Assembly: GCA_965140585.1 (NCBI GenBank)
Contig: OZ223270.1
Location: 645,360-709,359 of the forward strand
Direction of reading: 5' to 3'
Length of the DNA stretch: 64,000 bases
DNA from: Spirochaetia bacterium
Lineage (GTDB): Bacteria; Spirochaetota; Spirochaetia; UBA9216
The translations under genes were made by a program, and so were the position numbers. The notes beneath the pieces are model-generated. The model worked only from the letters and a program-made list of their open reading frames with translations. It did not search any database and was not told the DNA's origin. Shown here in pieces: positions 1 to 10,654 of the stretch; position 1 is the first letter of the stretch; every line of letters begins with the position of its first letter.

Positions 1-490
1 CATAATAGGTATTGGTTTTGCATTCGGAAATTCATCTATCAGGTTCCAGCCCGTCGTCATGATTATAGGAGCGACAGCGGCAAGGCGATTCTGCAGGTGA
101 CAGCTCAATGCAGCTGTCATTGCTCCGCCCATGGATACTCCGTGAACATACAGACGCTCGGTGTCCCCGTTTAGTTCACTAATGAAGACGTCAAAGAGTG
201 TGGAAAGTTAATCCACAGCGTCAATGTTTTCAATGCCGAGCTTCTCCGATGTATTACCGTAATAGGTCGTATTTCAGGCGAGGTTGCCATGGGATAGATG
301 ATGATTGTTCCGTCCTGATCCGCTTTGCCGGATATCGTCGTATATGATAAATGAATGTATTCGATTGGTTGGTTGAATCCGTGAAGGATCATCATAATCG
401 GATGCTTTTATGCAGGATTATAACCGTTGGGAGCATACATCATGAATTATCTTGTCATACCGTCGTGCTCAATAGACATTCTTCCGGTAA
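1..490 (-). pseudogene. PHB-depolymerase/LpqP-like alpha/beta esterase pseudogene (runs off window start)
   Basis: The minus strand reads IEHDGMTR*FMMYAPNGYNPA*KHPIMMILHG...KADQDGTIIIYP, then a frameshift, then ENIDAVD*LSTLFD...DTERLYVHGVSMGGAM...LAAVAP. It has a GxSxG nucleophile elbow and in-frame TAA stops at 449-447, 410-408 and 210-208. Confidence 0.75.
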
Positions 491-681
491 TCTTTCTGAA
501 AAGAGACTGGCTAAAAAAAAATTTGATGATATCAGTGAAGTTAGCTGTCGGGAACTCATTATAGAGATAGAATTATCTATTTTAGGTTAAAAAAATCCAA
601 TTAAACCGTAAAAGGAAAACGTATAATCCCTAAAAAGCTATGCTTAAAGTGTTGCTTTTCAGTTGAACATTGGAGATGCTT

Positions 682-2430
682 GTGATTAACCTGGCTGGAA
701 AACCCTTTAATCTGGATGATACTCAAATTGAATGGGTTAAGAAAACTATTTCGGACATGACTACGGAAGAAAAAATCCGGCAATTATTTATACTTCTTGA
801 TTCCCGTCCGAATAAGGATGATGACATCATCCGTGAGACGGTCCGGGATACCGGCCAGGGAGGCTTAAGATGGCAGGGCGGCGATTCAAACGCCGTTTAT
901 GTCCAGAATATCAGCTATCAGAAACATAGCAAGTATCCTTTGCTGATTGCTGCGAACTGCGATGACGGGGGGAGCGGGGCTTTCCCCGACGGTACGTTTA
1001 TTGCGACCGCCGCACAGGCTGCAGCCGGAAGCAGTGATGAAACCGCCTACCATATGGGGCTTGTCGCCGGCCGTGAGGCGGGAAGCGTCGGATGCAACTG
1101 GATGTTTAACCCTGTTGTTGATATCTACCTGAACTGGCGGAATAGTATAGTCAATACACGCTGCTTCGGCGATAATGCTGATACTGTCCTGCGAAACTCC
1201 AGGGCTTTTATCCGGGGCATAAAGGATGCCATGCCGCATATGGCAGTTTGTGCCAAGCATTTTCCAGGAGACGGGGTAGAGGAGCTGGATCATCACCTGG
1301 TTATGGGCGTTAACCATCTTGAAGTTAATGAATGGATGAGCAGTTTCGGCAAGGTCTACAGTGAACTCATACAGGACGGTATTGAAAGTGTGATGATCGG
1401 GCATTTTGCTTTTCCGGCTATGAGCAGGAAATTGAAGCCTGGACTTAAGGATAGTGAAATCCTTCCCGCGACAATATCCCCGGAGATTATAACCGGGTTA
1501 CTGCGTGAAGAGCTCGGGTTTCAGGGTGTCGTTCTTACCGATGCTACTCATATGATAGGTTTATCCGCCGTGGAGTCAAGAGAGAAAGCTTTGCCGCTGG
1601 CCGTTGCTGCAGGTTGTGATATGATTCTTTTTGCGAATGATTTTGAGGAGGATGCAGGATTCATCAGACAGGGACTGCAGCGCGGTGTTGTGTCTGAGCA
1701 GCGGCTGGATGAAGCGGTAACCCGCATACTTGGTCTCAAGGCGAAGGTCAGGGCGACCGAACCTGATGTTTCCCTGCCTCCCGAATCGCTTAAGGTAAAA
1801 TGGGTCGGATGCGATGAACACCGCTTCTATGCCGATAAAGCAGCGGATGAATGCACCACCCTTGTTAAAGACAGCGCGGGATATCTTCCCGTCGATCCTG
1901 CGGAAAAAAAACGGGCCCTGCTTGTATATGTTCCGAATATTCCAAACAGCAAGGCGTATAATGGAGATCCGGTAAAGGATATGCTTGTCGATGAGTTTGA
2001 GCGTGTTGGATTTCAGGTGACGGTATTTAAGAACTTTCATGACCTTGAATTAGAAAATGGTCCGTCGCCGATGAACTTCGTTAAAATGCTGGAGCCGGAA
2101 TCGAGAGCGGATTTCAAGGAAAAATACGATGTGGTTTTTCTTGTAATAAATGTGAAGGGCTACGCGCAGGAAAATAATGTCCGTTTGCGCTGGAGTATCC
2201 ATCACAGCAAGGAGATGCCGTGGTATATACCGGAGGTTCCTACAATAGCCATCAGTCTGAACTATACGAACCATCTTATTGATATTCCTCAGGTTAAAAC
2301 GATGGTAAATGCCTATGCCGCCCAGCCGTCAAATATTCGCGCAGCCGTTGAAAAGATCTGCGGGAAGAGTGGTTTTAAGGGCAAGGCCAGCTCTACCGTT
2401 TTCTGTGACAGATGGGAGACAAGACTGTGA
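682..2430 (+). CDS. GH3 glycoside hydrolase/phosphorylase (NagZ/Nag3-like, His acid/base)
   Basis: Motifs FNPVVD, RCFG, KHFPGDGVEELDHH and VVLTDATHM. Likely start is GTG at 682, after GGAG at 672-675 (ORF track starts at 670). Confidence 0.9.
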   Translation: MINLAGKPFNLDDTQIEWVKKTISDMTTEEKIRQLFILLDSRPNKDDDIIRETVRDTGQGGLRWQGGDSNAVYVQNISYQKHSKYPLLIAANCDDGGSGAFPDGTFIATAAQAAAGSSDETAYHMGLVAGREAGSVGCNWMFNPVVDIYLNWRNSIVNTRCFGDNADTVLRNSRAFIRGIKDAMPHMAVCAKHFPGDGVEELDHHLVMGVNHLEVNEWMSSFGKVYSELIQDGIESVMIGHFAFPAMSRKLKPGLKDSEILPATISPEIITGLLREELGFQGVVLTDATHMIGLSAVESREKALPLAVAAGCDMILFANDFEEDAGFIRQGLQRGVVSEQRLDEAVTRILGLKAKVRATEPDVSLPPESLKVKWVGCDEHRFYADKAADECTTLVKDSAGYLPVDPAEKKRALLVYVPNIPNSKAYNGDPVKDMLVDEFERVGFQVTVFKNFHDLELENGPSPMNFVKMLEPESRADFKEKYDVVFLVINVKGYAQENNVRLRWSIHHSKEMPWYIPEVPTIAISLNYTNHLIDIPQVKTMVNAYAAQPSNIRAAVEKICGKSGFKGKASSTVFCDRWETRL

Positions 2431-3314
2431 GCGATAAAAAAGATCTGCTAAAAAACTTCTCTAAAACACATGATTTCCTGGTTTGTATTGACTCAGACGG
2501 ATGTGCTTTCGACTCTATGGATATAAAACATAAAGAATGCTTTGCTCCGAACTTTATAAATCACTGGGATCTTCAAGCTGTTGCCAGGCAGGCGCGTGAA
2601 GTCTGGGAGTTTGTGAACCTCTATTCCATCTCCAGGGGGATAAACCGTTTTCAGGCCGTGGTTACAGCGCTCGATCTTCTTGCAAGCCGTCCAAGCGTCA
2701 AGGAGCGGGGATATGTGAGTCCTGATCTAACTTCTTTACGAAACTGGATAAATCAAACAAAGGTACTGGCAAACTCGGAACTTGAGAAAGTTGTCGAAGC
2801 AACTTCTGACCCGGTTCTTAAAAAAGCCCTGGATTGGTCTCTCGGAGTCAACCGCTATGTGGAAGAGATCATAAGGGGCGTACCGCCGTTTAACGGTCTT
2901 CTTCCTGCGATGGAAAAAGCCTCGGAATTCGCAGACCTGATGGTTGTTTCAGCAACACCGCTTGAAGCATTGGAGCGGGAGTGGGAAGAGCATGGTTTGG
3001 TTGGATCTGTACAGGTTATTGCCGGACAGGAAATGGGGACGAAGGCTGAACATATAAAGACTGTTATGACCGGACGTTACGATAGGTTGAACGTTATTAA
3101 ACTCGGCGATGCTCTGGGTGATCTCAAATCTGCTAAAGATAACGGAGTGCTGTTTTACCCCATTATACCGGGTAAGGGGGAAGAAAGCTGGGAGCGTTTT
3201 AAAGATGAAGCTCTGGACCTGTTCCTCAAGGGCGCTTACCGAGGCAAATATGAAGACAAGCTGATAGGTGAATTCGAAGATAGTCTCCCTGATACCCCTG
3301 AGTGGACTGATTAA
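2427..3314 (+). CDS. HAD-superfamily phosphatase
   Basis: HAD motif I CIDSDG, motif II VSAT, motif IV GDALGD. The GTG start overlaps the GH3 stop (GTGA), indicating translational coupling. Confidence 0.85.
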   Translation: MSDKKDLLKNFSKTHDFLVCIDSDGCAFDSMDIKHKECFAPNFINHWDLQAVARQAREVWEFVNLYSISRGINRFQAVVTALDLLASRPSVKERGYVSPDLTSLRNWINQTKVLANSELEKVVEATSDPVLKKALDWSLGVNRYVEEIIRGVPPFNGLLPAMEKASEFADLMVVSATPLEALEREWEEHGLVGSVQVIAGQEMGTKAEHIKTVMTGRYDRLNVIKLGDALGDLKSAKDNGVLFYPIIPGKGEESWERFKDEALDLFLKGAYRGKYEDKLIGEFEDSLPDTPEWTD

Positions 3315-3325
3315 CTAACCGCCGG

Positions 3326-4492
3326 TTACATGGGTAGGCTTTTTTTCGTTTCAGCGGTCATGTGGTCACGGTAAACACTGGGAGGTTTACCTACCATTTT
3401 TTTGAAAATACGCGCGAAGTATCCCATGTCGAGAAAGCCAAGTTTAACAGAAATTTCTAAAAGAGTCTCTTTTGTATTTACCAACAGGTACTTTGCTTCT
3501 TCAATCTTTTGAGACCTGATAAACTCACCGACCGACATGTCGTATTCCTTTCGGAATTGACGGGCAAGATATGGGGGCGAGCAGGAAACATGTTTCGCCA
3601 GATCACTCAGGCTCAGTTTTTCATCAAGATGCGTAAGTATATACTCAGCGGTCTTTCGAACTATAAAGCTGTGGTTCGAAAGTGAGAATTTATGTACTGC
3701 CTCACAGTATGTCAGGCACATTTCTTTTCTTAAATTATCTAGCTCTTCCAGGGTTTTAGAGCGCTCAATTCTTCCCGAAAACTCGGATGAGATTCCATGA
3801 ACATGAACAGGAAGCAGACCCCCGCGTTCAGCGCTTAGCCGAAGGATAGTGTTGAGAATAACGCTTCCGTTCTTGGCTTGCCTAAGGGGATTTTGAGGTA
3901 TGCGTCTGATCATAGTCTTTGTAGGCGAGAAAGTCTTAAGAAACTCCCGCATCCCTTCCGTGTTTCCGGTGGATGCGTAACTTCGAATCTTTCTCTCCAT
4001 TTCATACGACCTGTCGATGATCTCCATGTTCATCCTGTTAAGATCCTCATGGGCCGGGTTGTGGGTCGGTTCGGCTTCGGCCTGGGGAATTTCCAATAAA
4101 ACCTTTTCACCCCTTTGATTTCCAGCTAACCGGATCAATTGTCCGATTGCCTGTATCTCCTTCTGGTTTAGAAGGGGGATTAAAAACTGCATGGCGATGT
4201 GGCGTTTTGTATTATCAGGTGGAGAAAATCCCTTTTCAAAGAAAGGCCCGCAGATCATCGTTCCGTTAAGAAATTTCGCATGAAGGTACGAAAGACCGTA
4301 ATTATCACGGTAGAGTAGTGCAGGATCATTCGTTTTATGATTAAGATCCTTGATAGTTGAAATATCCAGTTCCGAATGGATAGCGCTTAAGTCGGTATTA
4401 CCGGGTATGTGTTTCATGGTTTTCCCTTCCATGGAGAAAATCCAGATTTCCAGTCCGGTAAGCGACGAAATAATCGAGGATATAATTTCCAT
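3326..4492 (-). CDS. AraC-family transcriptional regulator
   Basis: C-terminal double HTH (LSLSDLAKHVSCSPPYLARQFRKE...LGFLDMGYFARIFKKMVGKPPSVYR). Divergent from the GH2/ABC operon. Confidence 0.92.
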   Translation of the reverse strand: MEIISSIISSLTGLEIWIFSMEGKTMKHIPGNTDLSAIHSELDISTIKDLNHKTNDPALLYRDNYGLSYLHAKFLNGTMICGPFFEKGFSPPDNTKRHIAMQFLIPLLNQKEIQAIGQLIRLAGNQRGEKVLLEIPQAEAEPTHNPAHEDLNRMNMEIIDRSYEMERKIRSYASTGNTEGMREFLKTFSPTKTMIRRIPQNPLRQAKNGSVILNTILRLSAERGGLLPVHVHGISSEFSGRIERSKTLEELDNLRKEMCLTYCEAVHKFSLSNHSFIVRKTAEYILTHLDEKLSLSDLAKHVSCSPPYLARQFRKEYDMSVGEFIRSQKIEEAKYLLVNTKETLLEISVKLGFLDMGYFARIFKKMVGKPPSVYRDHMTAETKKSLPM

Positions 4493-4607
4493 ATTTGTAC
4501 GTATTATAATATTGGAGGGAAAATGTCAATAATATCCTTTATTGTTAAAAAAAATCCATACAGGAATATGACATTACGTTATATTTGTAAAAGTTAAGGA
4601 GCCCTGA

Positions 4608-6821
4608 ATGAGATCGTATTTTGCTCTGCGTGATAACTGGCGGGTTGCCGCTGCTGAAGCGGCTGGAAATTCTGTACCGGCCTTACCTGATAATGAATAT
4701 AGCCCTGTCATAATTCCAGACGTTTGGAACAAGAATGATCCAGGCGCCGAAGGCCGCCGCTTGTATCGATGTGATTTTTATCTTGATGAAATTTCATCTG
4801 AAGGTTGTGCTTTCATCGAGTTTGCAGCAGTTGCAGGCGTATGTCGCGCATGGCTTAACGGTAAGTATCTTGGCGAGCATCGGGGAGGTTATTCACTTTT
4901 TCGTTTTGACATAAGCAGCAAGTTTCGGCAGGGGGAAAACACCCTCATAGTAAGTGCTGATAACCTTCGATATGATGATGTTTTACCCCTAGGCGGGGAT
5001 TTCAACAATTACGGTGGGATCTACCGGGATGTAAGATTGATCTTTACAGATCGTCTGCATTTTGATCTTATGCATTTCGGAACGCTGGGAGTTGATATCA
5101 AACCCAGGACTAGCGGTGTTGTTGAACTTGAGGTGAGAATTGAGGGTGCTTCTGAAGATGAGTCCGCCCAGATCGAGTTTTTAATCCTTGACGGAGATGA
5201 GATTGTTTGCCGCAGTGTAAATGATATTTCAGACAGCAGTAAAAAGCTTACTGTTCGCGAGCCGAAACTGTGGAACGGAAAGGATTCCCCGTATCTGTAT
5301 TCGGCCTGTTTTCGGATTTTGCGGAATTATGAAATTGTGGATGAAGTGAGTTTGAGCTTCGGCTTTCGAGATATTGCTATATCTCCGGAGCAGGGATTCT
5401 TACTGAATGGTGAAGTGTTCAGGATTAACGGTGTGTCAAAGCACCAGGATTGGGAAGGTGCGGGCTCATGTCCGACTGAAGGCCAGCTTGATACGGATCT
5501 GGAGCTGATACTTGAATCCGGTGCAAACTCCGTCAGGCTTTCGCATTATCAGCATCCGCAGTATTTTTATGATCTCTGTGACCGCGCCGGCCTCGTTGTC
5601 TGGGCTGAAATCCCATTGCTTAGTATGCCGGACGGTAATGATGGAGTCAGAAAAAACGCGTCATCCCAGCTTAAGGAATTAATACTACAGTGCAAACATC
5701 ACCCGGCTATCTGTTTCTGGGGGCTTCAGAATGAGATAGCTCTAGCGGGAGAAAGCCTGGAGATGTACAGGGGGATGGAAGAGCTTCAGGCTCTTGCTAA
5801 GGAGCTGGATGACACCAGAATTACTGCCGGCGCAAACCTGTACACGGTTAAGAATAACAGTCCTCTCAACCGTGTAACCGATATGATCGGATATAATATC
5901 TATTTCGGCTGGTATTACGGCGAGACGCCGGATTTTGCTGATTTTATTGATAAGTTCCGCAAAGACAACCCGGATATCCCCCTGGGTATCTCTGAATATG
6001 GTGTAGACTGTAATACTGCTCTCCATTCCGCTTCTCCAAAGAGAAAGGATTACTCCGAGGAATTCCAGGCCTTGTACCATGAGACTGTTTATCCCTTTAT
6101 AAAGGTCCGAGAATATCTCTGGGGTAGCTTCGTTTGGAATATGTTCGATTTCGGCAGTGTCCGACGGAAGGAAGGACGCCTTGAAGGGCTTAACGGAAAA
6201 GGGCTTGTCACTTTTGATAGGAAAACAAAAAAGGACAGTTTCTTCTACTATAAAGCGCAGTGGTCTAACGAGCCCTTTGTACATATTGCGTCAAGACGCT
6301 TTAAAATACGTACCGAAGAAAGTGTAAGCATTAAGGTATATTCGAATTTAAAGAGTGTTGTACTATCAGTAGATGGTTCAACGTGGCGGAAAAAAAGCAT
6401 TACGGGTGTTTTTATTTTTAATGATATTCCGATGCGGATGGGCTCCAATACTATTTCGGCGGTTTCCGGAAAAGTTTCGGATAGTATTGTTATCATCCGC
6501 CGGGAATCGGTAGAAGAGAGCTATGTTTATAATGATCCCAATCCGGAAATCAATGTTAAAAACTGGTTCACACTGGCAGAAGGTGAGAACGAGCTTTTTC
6601 CGGAAGACCGGTATTCCATAATGGATTCGATAATTGATCTGAAATCTAATCCTGAAGTCTGGCAGATGCTAAAACAAGAGATCCCGAAAATTACTGATAA
6701 TGAAAGAACGCAGGCTATGCCTGCAATCAGTCTATTTAGAGTTTTTAATTACATGAGTAAATACTTCTCGGAAGAACAGGTGAAATCGATCAATAATAAG
6801 CTAAGGAACTTTAAAAAATAA
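4608..6821 (+). CDS. GH2 beta-galactosidase/beta-glucuronidase-family glycosidase
   Basis: Motifs HRGGYSLF, YGGIYRDV, NSVRLSHY, WGLQNE (acid/base), ISEYG (nucleophile) and WNMFDF. RBS AGGAG. Confidence 0.92.
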   Translation: MRSYFALRDNWRVAAAEAAGNSVPALPDNEYSPVIIPDVWNKNDPGAEGRRLYRCDFYLDEISSEGCAFIEFAAVAGVCRAWLNGKYLGEHRGGYSLFRFDISSKFRQGENTLIVSADNLRYDDVLPLGGDFNNYGGIYRDVRLIFTDRLHFDLMHFGTLGVDIKPRTSGVVELEVRIEGASEDESAQIEFLILDGDEIVCRSVNDISDSSKKLTVREPKLWNGKDSPYLYSACFRILRNYEIVDEVSLSFGFRDIAISPEQGFLLNGEVFRINGVSKHQDWEGAGSCPTEGQLDTDLELILESGANSVRLSHYQHPQYFYDLCDRAGLVVWAEIPLLSMPDGNDGVRKNASSQLKELILQCKHHPAICFWGLQNEIALAGESLEMYRGMEELQALAKELDDTRITAGANLYTVKNNSPLNRVTDMIGYNIYFGWYYGETPDFADFIDKFRKDNPDIPLGISEYGVDCNTALHSASPKRKDYSEEFQALYHETVYPFIKVREYLWGSFVWNMFDFGSVRRKEGRLEGLNGKGLVTFDRKTKKDSFFYYKAQWSNEPFVHIASRRFKIRTEESVSIKVYSNLKSVVLSVDGSTWRKKSITGVFIFNDIPMRMGSNTISAVSGKVSDSIVIIRRESVEESYVYNDPNPEINVKNWFTLAEGENELFPEDRYSIMDSIIDLKSNPEVWQMLKQEIPKITDNERTQAMPAISLFRVFNYMSKYFSEEQVKSINNKLRNFKK

Positions 6822-6897
6822 TGATTCTGGTTCGTATTATCCTTTTGGGTTAAAGAATGTCCTAATATAAGGAGATCTAATTATTTACTATTCAACT

Positions 6898-8403
6898 ATG
6901 AGTACGAATGATTCCGTCTATATTGAGTTTAAAAATATCACCAAACGTTTCGGCGCAACTACTGCGCTGGACAACGTCTCTTTTTCTATTGGTAAAGGCC
7001 GGGTTTGCGGCCTTGTTGGAGAGAACGGCAGCGGCAAATCCACGCTTTCACTCATACTCGCCGGAATAACGGCATCGACCGACGGTAAAATTTATTTTGA
7101 TGGAAAGAATTGGTCTCCCTCTAATGTCCTTGACGCCCAGAAAAACGGGGTTGCAATGATTGTGCAGGAAATGGGAACAATTTCGAATGTGAGTGTTGCT
7201 GAAAATATATTTCTCGGCCAGGAGCTTATATTTGGAAGAGGTCCGTTTATAAACCGAACCAATATGTTTCGAGAAGCTCAGAAGCTTCTTGCAGAACTTG
7301 AAATAACCGATTTCCAGGCGGAAACACCAACATCCCGACTGGATGCTCAGGAAAGAAAGCTTCTAGAAATTGCTAAAGCTATGTACTGGGAACCGAACGT
7401 ATTTATTATTGACGAAACGACAACGGCTTTATCCCATACGGGCAGGGAGCTGTTGTACCGGCTTATTAATAAAATGAAGGAGCAGGGAAACACTGTTCTT
7501 TTTATCAGCCATGACCTCGATGAGATGATGTCTCATTGTGATGAGCTTAATATTCTGCGTGACGGTCGTTTTATCGGTAAACTTGAAAAAGAAGCTTTCG
7601 ATGAAGCTACGATCAAACAGATGATGGTCGGTCGTGAATTGTCCGGTAATTTCTACCGGAACGATACTGAAGGTTACGCCGAAGAAGTTGTCCTGACGGC
7701 CGACTGTATAACAACCCTCAATGATTTGCTCTGCTTTGATCTTGAGTTGCATAAGGGGGAAATCCTCGGAATCGGGGGATTGTCTAACTGCGGGATGCAT
7801 ACACTTGGAAAGGCGCTGTTTGGTATTGAAAAGGTTCTTGACGGTGAAGTGCGTACCGGTGATGGAACTTTAATCAAAAAGACTAAAACAGCGATAGACT
7901 GCGGAGTGGGTTATCTCTCCAAGGATCGTGATACAGAATCACTCGGGCTCCTCGGCACAATCCGTGAGAATATTCAAAGCACAGGCTACAAAATCAATCG
8001 GGGGCTCGGTCCATTTATTTCATTCGGAAAGGAAGCAGTTTATGTTAGGAATCAGGTATCGGGGTTATCAATCAAGATAGCTTCAGAAAACCATTTGGTT
8101 CAGACACTTTCAGGCGGAAACAAGCAGAAGGTAGTGTTCGGGAAATGGATGGCCGCTGATTCCAATATTCTGATTATGGACTGCCCGACGAGAGGTGTTG
8201 ATGTCGGTGTAAAAGCCGCTATGTACAAACTCATGTATGATATGAAAAAAGCCGGCAAGTCCATCATTCTTATCAGCGAAGAATTACCGGAATTGATCGG
8301 AATGAGTGACCGGATTCTCATTATGAAAGACGGGGCTATCTCCTGCGAGGTTATGAGGAAAGACTTGGTTGGAGAGCAGGAGCTTATTGAGGCTATGATT
8401 TAG
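6898..8403 (+). CDS. Sugar ABC transporter ATP-binding protein (two fused ABC domains, RbsA/MglA type)
   Basis: Walker A GENGSGKST, LSGGNKQKV, PTRGVDVG, ISEELPEL. Confidence 0.95.
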   Translation: MSTNDSVYIEFKNITKRFGATTALDNVSFSIGKGRVCGLVGENGSGKSTLSLILAGITASTDGKIYFDGKNWSPSNVLDAQKNGVAMIVQEMGTISNVSVAENIFLGQELIFGRGPFINRTNMFREAQKLLAELEITDFQAETPTSRLDAQERKLLEIAKAMYWEPNVFIIDETTTALSHTGRELLYRLINKMKEQGNTVLFISHDLDEMMSHCDELNILRDGRFIGKLEKEAFDEATIKQMMVGRELSGNFYRNDTEGYAEEVVLTADCITTLNDLLCFDLELHKGEILGIGGLSNCGMHTLGKALFGIEKVLDGEVRTGDGTLIKKTKTAIDCGVGYLSKDRDTESLGLLGTIRENIQSTGYKINRGLGPFISFGKEAVYVRNQVSGLSIKIASENHLVQTLSGGNKQKVVFGKWMAADSNILIMDCPTRGVDVGVKAAMYKLMYDMKKAGKSIILISEELPELIGMSDRILIMKDGAISCEVMRKDLVGEQELIEAMI

Positions 8404-8418
8404 GGAGATGAATGGATA

Positions 8419-9378
8419 ATGAAGAAAAAATTGATGCAGATACGTGAAAGTCTCTTGTTTTCCCGGTTAATGCCTGTATTTGTTCTCCTGCTGATCGCCG
8501 GATTCTTTGCCGTGACAGTGGGCAGCCGGTTTATGAGTTTTAGAAACTTCAAGCTTCTATTCAACCAGGCTCTTATAACCGGTACGGTAGCAACCGGAGC
8601 GGTTTATATCTTCGCAACTAATAACGTGAATATTGCCATGGGCGCCAGTGTTGCCCTGGTGTCTACCCTTGCGACTATGGTTTACCTGTCCACTGAATCG
8701 ATAATTCTTATGATGGTTGTCTCCATTATTCTCGGTGTTCTTCTGATGATGCTTATGTCCGTTTTGAGTACGGTCCTGAAAGTGAGCGTTATGTTCGTTT
8801 CAATAGTCATGATGATGCTTTTAGCAGCAGTACAGCAGACTATTCTTGGAGCCAGTACATTGACCCTACCTTTTCAAATGACGATGGCTCTGTCGCAGGC
8901 TAACTTCACTCCAATTGCTTTTTCCGTCTTTTTTATTATCGCTGCAATAATCTTCCACTCTACGGCGGTAGGAAGGGCGATTCGTTTTATCGGGACCAAT
9001 AAGGTTTGTGCTTCTCAGACGGGACTTTACGAAAGCAAATATCTGCTCTGGGCATTCTTTATTACCGGTATAGGTGTCGGCCTGGCTTCCATTATGACGA
9101 TTATCAGGAGCGGAACCATCAGCGTCAACACCGCCGTAAGTCTTAATATGGATGTTGTGCTGTCTATTGTCCTAGGGGGGATGTCCATTTTTGGAGGAAC
9201 CAGGTCATTCATATACGCCGGATTTCTCGGCGCTATAACCGTTACGGTATTAAATAACGGGTTATTGATGCTGGGCGTCAGCCCCATGATTTTACAGATG
9301 GTACGTGGAATTATTTTTTTGACCTTGATATTTATTGGTCAGAAGCGGCCGGATAGGCTACCTTCTCCAAAAATATAA
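8419..9378 (+). CDS. Sugar ABC transporter permease (RbsC type)
   Basis: Multi-TM hydrophobic protein with GRAIRFIG and SIVLGGMSIFGG motifs. Sits within the ABC operon. Confidence 0.9.
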   Translation: MKKKLMQIRESLLFSRLMPVFVLLLIAGFFAVTVGSRFMSFRNFKLLFNQALITGTVATGAVYIFATNNVNIAMGASVALVSTLATMVYLSTESIILMMVVSIILGVLLMMLMSVLSTVLKVSVMFVSIVMMMLLAAVQQTILGASTLTLPFQMTMALSQANFTPIAFSVFFIIAAIIFHSTAVGRAIRFIGTNKVCASQTGLYESKYLLWAFFITGIGVGLASIMTIIRSGTISVNTAVSLNMDVVLSIVLGGMSIFGGTRSFIYAGFLGAITVTVLNNGLLMLGVSPMILQMVRGIIFLTLIFIGQKRPDRLPSPKI

Positions 9379-9400
9379 TAAATTAAATGGAGGGATTAGA

Positions 9401-10624
9401 ATGAATCTAAAGAAAGGATTTTCTGTAGCTGTTTTGTTCCTGATGGTTCTCGGTGCTATGTTTGCCGGCGGCCAGCAGGAAGCAGGCGCTGAAACTCAGG
9501 AAACGTATACCATAGCAGTAGGTTGGTATGTCATCGATGCAAATACCCAGACGCGAATGAAATATCTGACGGAAGAGCTGGGGCCGGGCCTTGGACTGGA
9601 ATTTATCTTCTCAGACGTAATTGATGACATAGGGGAAATGATTACCTTTATTGAAAACTCCTATTCTGCAGGTGCGGATGCTGTATACAGCACTATTACC
9701 GATTCGGAACAGATTGCGGCAAAATGTAATGAGCTTGGTCTTTATCTGACAACTACAACCTCACGATACGCGGAAGATATTGCCACTATGCCCTATAACC
9801 TTGGAATCACTGGCGTAGACTTGAAGAAAGTAAGCTCTGCATATGAAGAACTACTTAAGGCAAAACTGGATCCTTCCGAGCCGAAGAACTTCCTGATTAT
9901 TTCGGGCGGAGCAGGTCTTGGTGTTACCTCTCATATTGAGGCTACCTCAACCATGCTCGCTCAGATTGAAAAGATCTACGGACTGAATTACAGTGAAGAA
10001 ATTTCAGCTCTTACGAGATCCAGAGCCATTACAGATGTCGATACCGGTTCCGACATAAAGGTTACCATTGCCCCGGGGTTCCCCAATATGGACGGTTACG
10101 TACAGGGTATATCCAGCCTGCTTCAGTCTGGAGAATATGATGTAATGCTTTCTGTTTATCAGACAACAAATACCTTCGCTACCGCTGTAGAAGAGGTAGA
10201 GAAGGCTCTGAACAAGAACATTATAATCATGGGTACGGCATCGTTTGGACCGCAGACAAAGACAGCATTTGAAACCCTAGATCCCTCCGGTAATCCTTCT
10301 TTCGACGGGGCTGTTATCTCCGCACTCACAGCCCAGGACGCTTTCAGCATCATGATGCTCTATAATGCCCTGACCGGTCATGTCGATCTTATCAAGCCGG
10401 ACGGCCGTGCAGCTATCTTCGGTGCCGGAATGCTGGTTGTTAAAAACCTGGAAGAATATCAGAAACTCGAGATGCTCGATACAGGCGCAGGAACCTGGAC
10501 TTACACAGCCGACGAAATAAAGCAGCTTTGTGCTGAGTATAATCCTTCGGTTGAAACTGCTGACATCATCGCCGTTCTTGACCGTTTTTCAACTGAAGAC
10601 CTGATCGAACGTCGCGGTTTCTAA
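9401..10624 (+). CDS. ABC transporter solute-binding protein
   Basis: ATG at 9401 after GGAGG. Signal peptide ending AMFAGGQQE. Lies between two permeases. Confidence 0.8.
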   Translation: MNLKKGFSVAVLFLMVLGAMFAGGQQEAGAETQETYTIAVGWYVIDANTQTRMKYLTEELGPGLGLEFIFSDVIDDIGEMITFIENSYSAGADAVYSTITDSEQIAAKCNELGLYLTTTTSRYAEDIATMPYNLGITGVDLKKVSSAYEELLKAKLDPSEPKNFLIISGGAGLGVTSHIEATSTMLAQIEKIYGLNYSEEISALTRSRAITDVDTGSDIKVTIAPGFPNMDGYVQGISSLLQSGEYDVMLSVYQTTNTFATAVEEVEKALNKNIIIMGTASFGPQTKTAFETLDPSGNPSFDGAVISALTAQDAFSIMMLYNALTGHVDLIKPDGRAAIFGAGMLVVKNLEEYQKLEMLDTGAGTWTYTADEIKQLCAEYNPSVETADIIAVLDRFSTEDLIERRGF

Positions 10625-10654
10625 CAAATATTATCGAATAAGGTGGATGAATAG

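Noticed and set aside
208-449. Three in-frame TAA codons as stop-codon reassignment
   Set aside because: TAA is the normal terminator of most genes in this window, and the same remnant also has a frameshift.
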